A stretch of 64,000 bases of DNA from the human T2T-CHM13v2.0 reference genome, Homo sapiens. Location: NCBI RefSeq assembly GCF_009914755.1, contig NC_060937.1, one strand, 5' to 3'. Under the pieces are notes generated by a model. That model ran no database searches. It saw nothing but the letters and a program-made list of their open reading frames with translations, and was not told the origin of the DNA. Made by a program: the position numbers and the translations under genes. Below are positions 62,824 through 64,000 of the stretch, piece by piece (the first letter of the stretch is position 1; every line of letters begins with the position of its first letter).

Positions 62824-63332
62824 TAGCACTGAAGCCAACTCAGTAAGCAGAGGTAGCTATGAGCAAAGACGATAGGAAAGGATAGGAGTTCTTCCCAATG
62901 CTGAAACTTTTCATCCAAAATAGGCTTAAAGTAAGGGCAGTCTGAGCTTAGTCAAATTTAAGTAGGTCTGATGGAATTCCAAGATAATGAAAAAACATAT
63001 TTATACAGAAAATTCTGTACAAAAATTGTGACTCAGAATGAGATTAAATAGCTGTTTCCTCCTGGATTTTAAGTATGTAGCTTCCCTTCATCTTTGTTAA
63101 CACTCCTATTGCCCGTTTCTAGCCCAATCTTGTGTTTTCAAATCAGGAAATGCCTCAATTCACTTCTTTTAATTCGGCTGAGTTTTATCTGAGATGGCCA
63201 CTTCTCATCTGCGTGAACTTCAGAAGAAAATTTAATGTATTTTGGCATTTGTTATCTCATCTATAAAATACAGTTAACAAGACAATGGTTTTTTTTAGCT
63301 GATTAAAAAATAAAGTACATCCTGAAGATTTT

Positions 63333-63527
63333 AACGGTTAAGAATACTGTATTGTATACTGGACATTTTCTAAGAGTAGATTTCAGATGTTCTCTCCACA
63401 GAAATAAAATAGGTAACTATTCAAGATGATGGATATGTTAATTGGCTTAACTGTATTCAATCAATTCACTCTGTATACATATATCAATATGTCATGTACA
63501 CAAATGCATACAAATAAATAAATAAAT
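63333..63527 (+). mobile_element. L1MA/MB-type 3' terminal fragment
   Basis: aatactgtattgtatact...ctaagagtagatttcagatgttctctccaca...ggtaactat...gatggatatgttaatt; (AAAT)n tail. Confidence 0.75.
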
Positions 63528-64000
63528 GCTTGTAAATTATGCTGCTTGTTGCATGGTGAGCATCCAATAAATGGTAGCTGCCACAGTTTGTTTTGTTAGT
63601 GTTTTTATTATTGACAGATCCTAGTTAGGTTTTATCCTTTCAAATAGCTTATTGTTTCATATAATTTATTTATGGTATTAGGCTTCACGGTATGTATAAA
63701 TTACACAAAATGTTGTACATACATCCTTTTTAATTTCTCACCACCAACTCTTGAGTTGTCCATGGTTTCCATGAGGTTCAAATTGATTTTGTGTTCTAAA
63801 CTAGTTGCCACAGCACCTTTCTGTTAGAGGAGTTAATAAAGGGTTACAAGTTTAACATCCAATTCCACAGTTCATTTTAGATTGTAGGTAAGTTAATGGC
63901 AATCCATACTGCGCCCTTAATTTCTCAAGTGCACATTTGTTGAACAACTCAAAGTTCACCTTGAACTAAACATGCATCACACAAAGTAAAATAACATCAT

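Overview
AT-rich, CpG-poor human genomic DNA (a consensus-perfect AluYb8 implies Homo), intronic or intergenic in character. I cannot place it on a chromosome. I see no credible protein-coding gene, RNA gene, CpG island or CRISPR array; the listed ORFs are L1 or Alu remnants, microsatellite translations or short chance ORFs. Recognisable content: about 13 Alus (J, S, Y, Yb8), a rearranged 7.3 kb L1PA7-like composite (40981-48258), MaLR solo LTRs (MST, THE1, MLT1), hAT-Charlie MITEs, and old L1M/L2/MIR fragments. Subfamily names come from remembered consensus sequences and need RepeatMasker confirmation. I found no new biological system. The most notable structures are rearrangement scars: (1) an exact 225-bp templated insertion at 36094-36318, copied from 875 bp upstream and bracketed by a fold-back inverted repeat; (2) a 5'-inverted L1 that also contains a second L1 5' end and a duplicated ORF2 block; (3) a hairpin-forming deletion/insertion inside that block; (4) a young, possibly polymorphic AluYb8.
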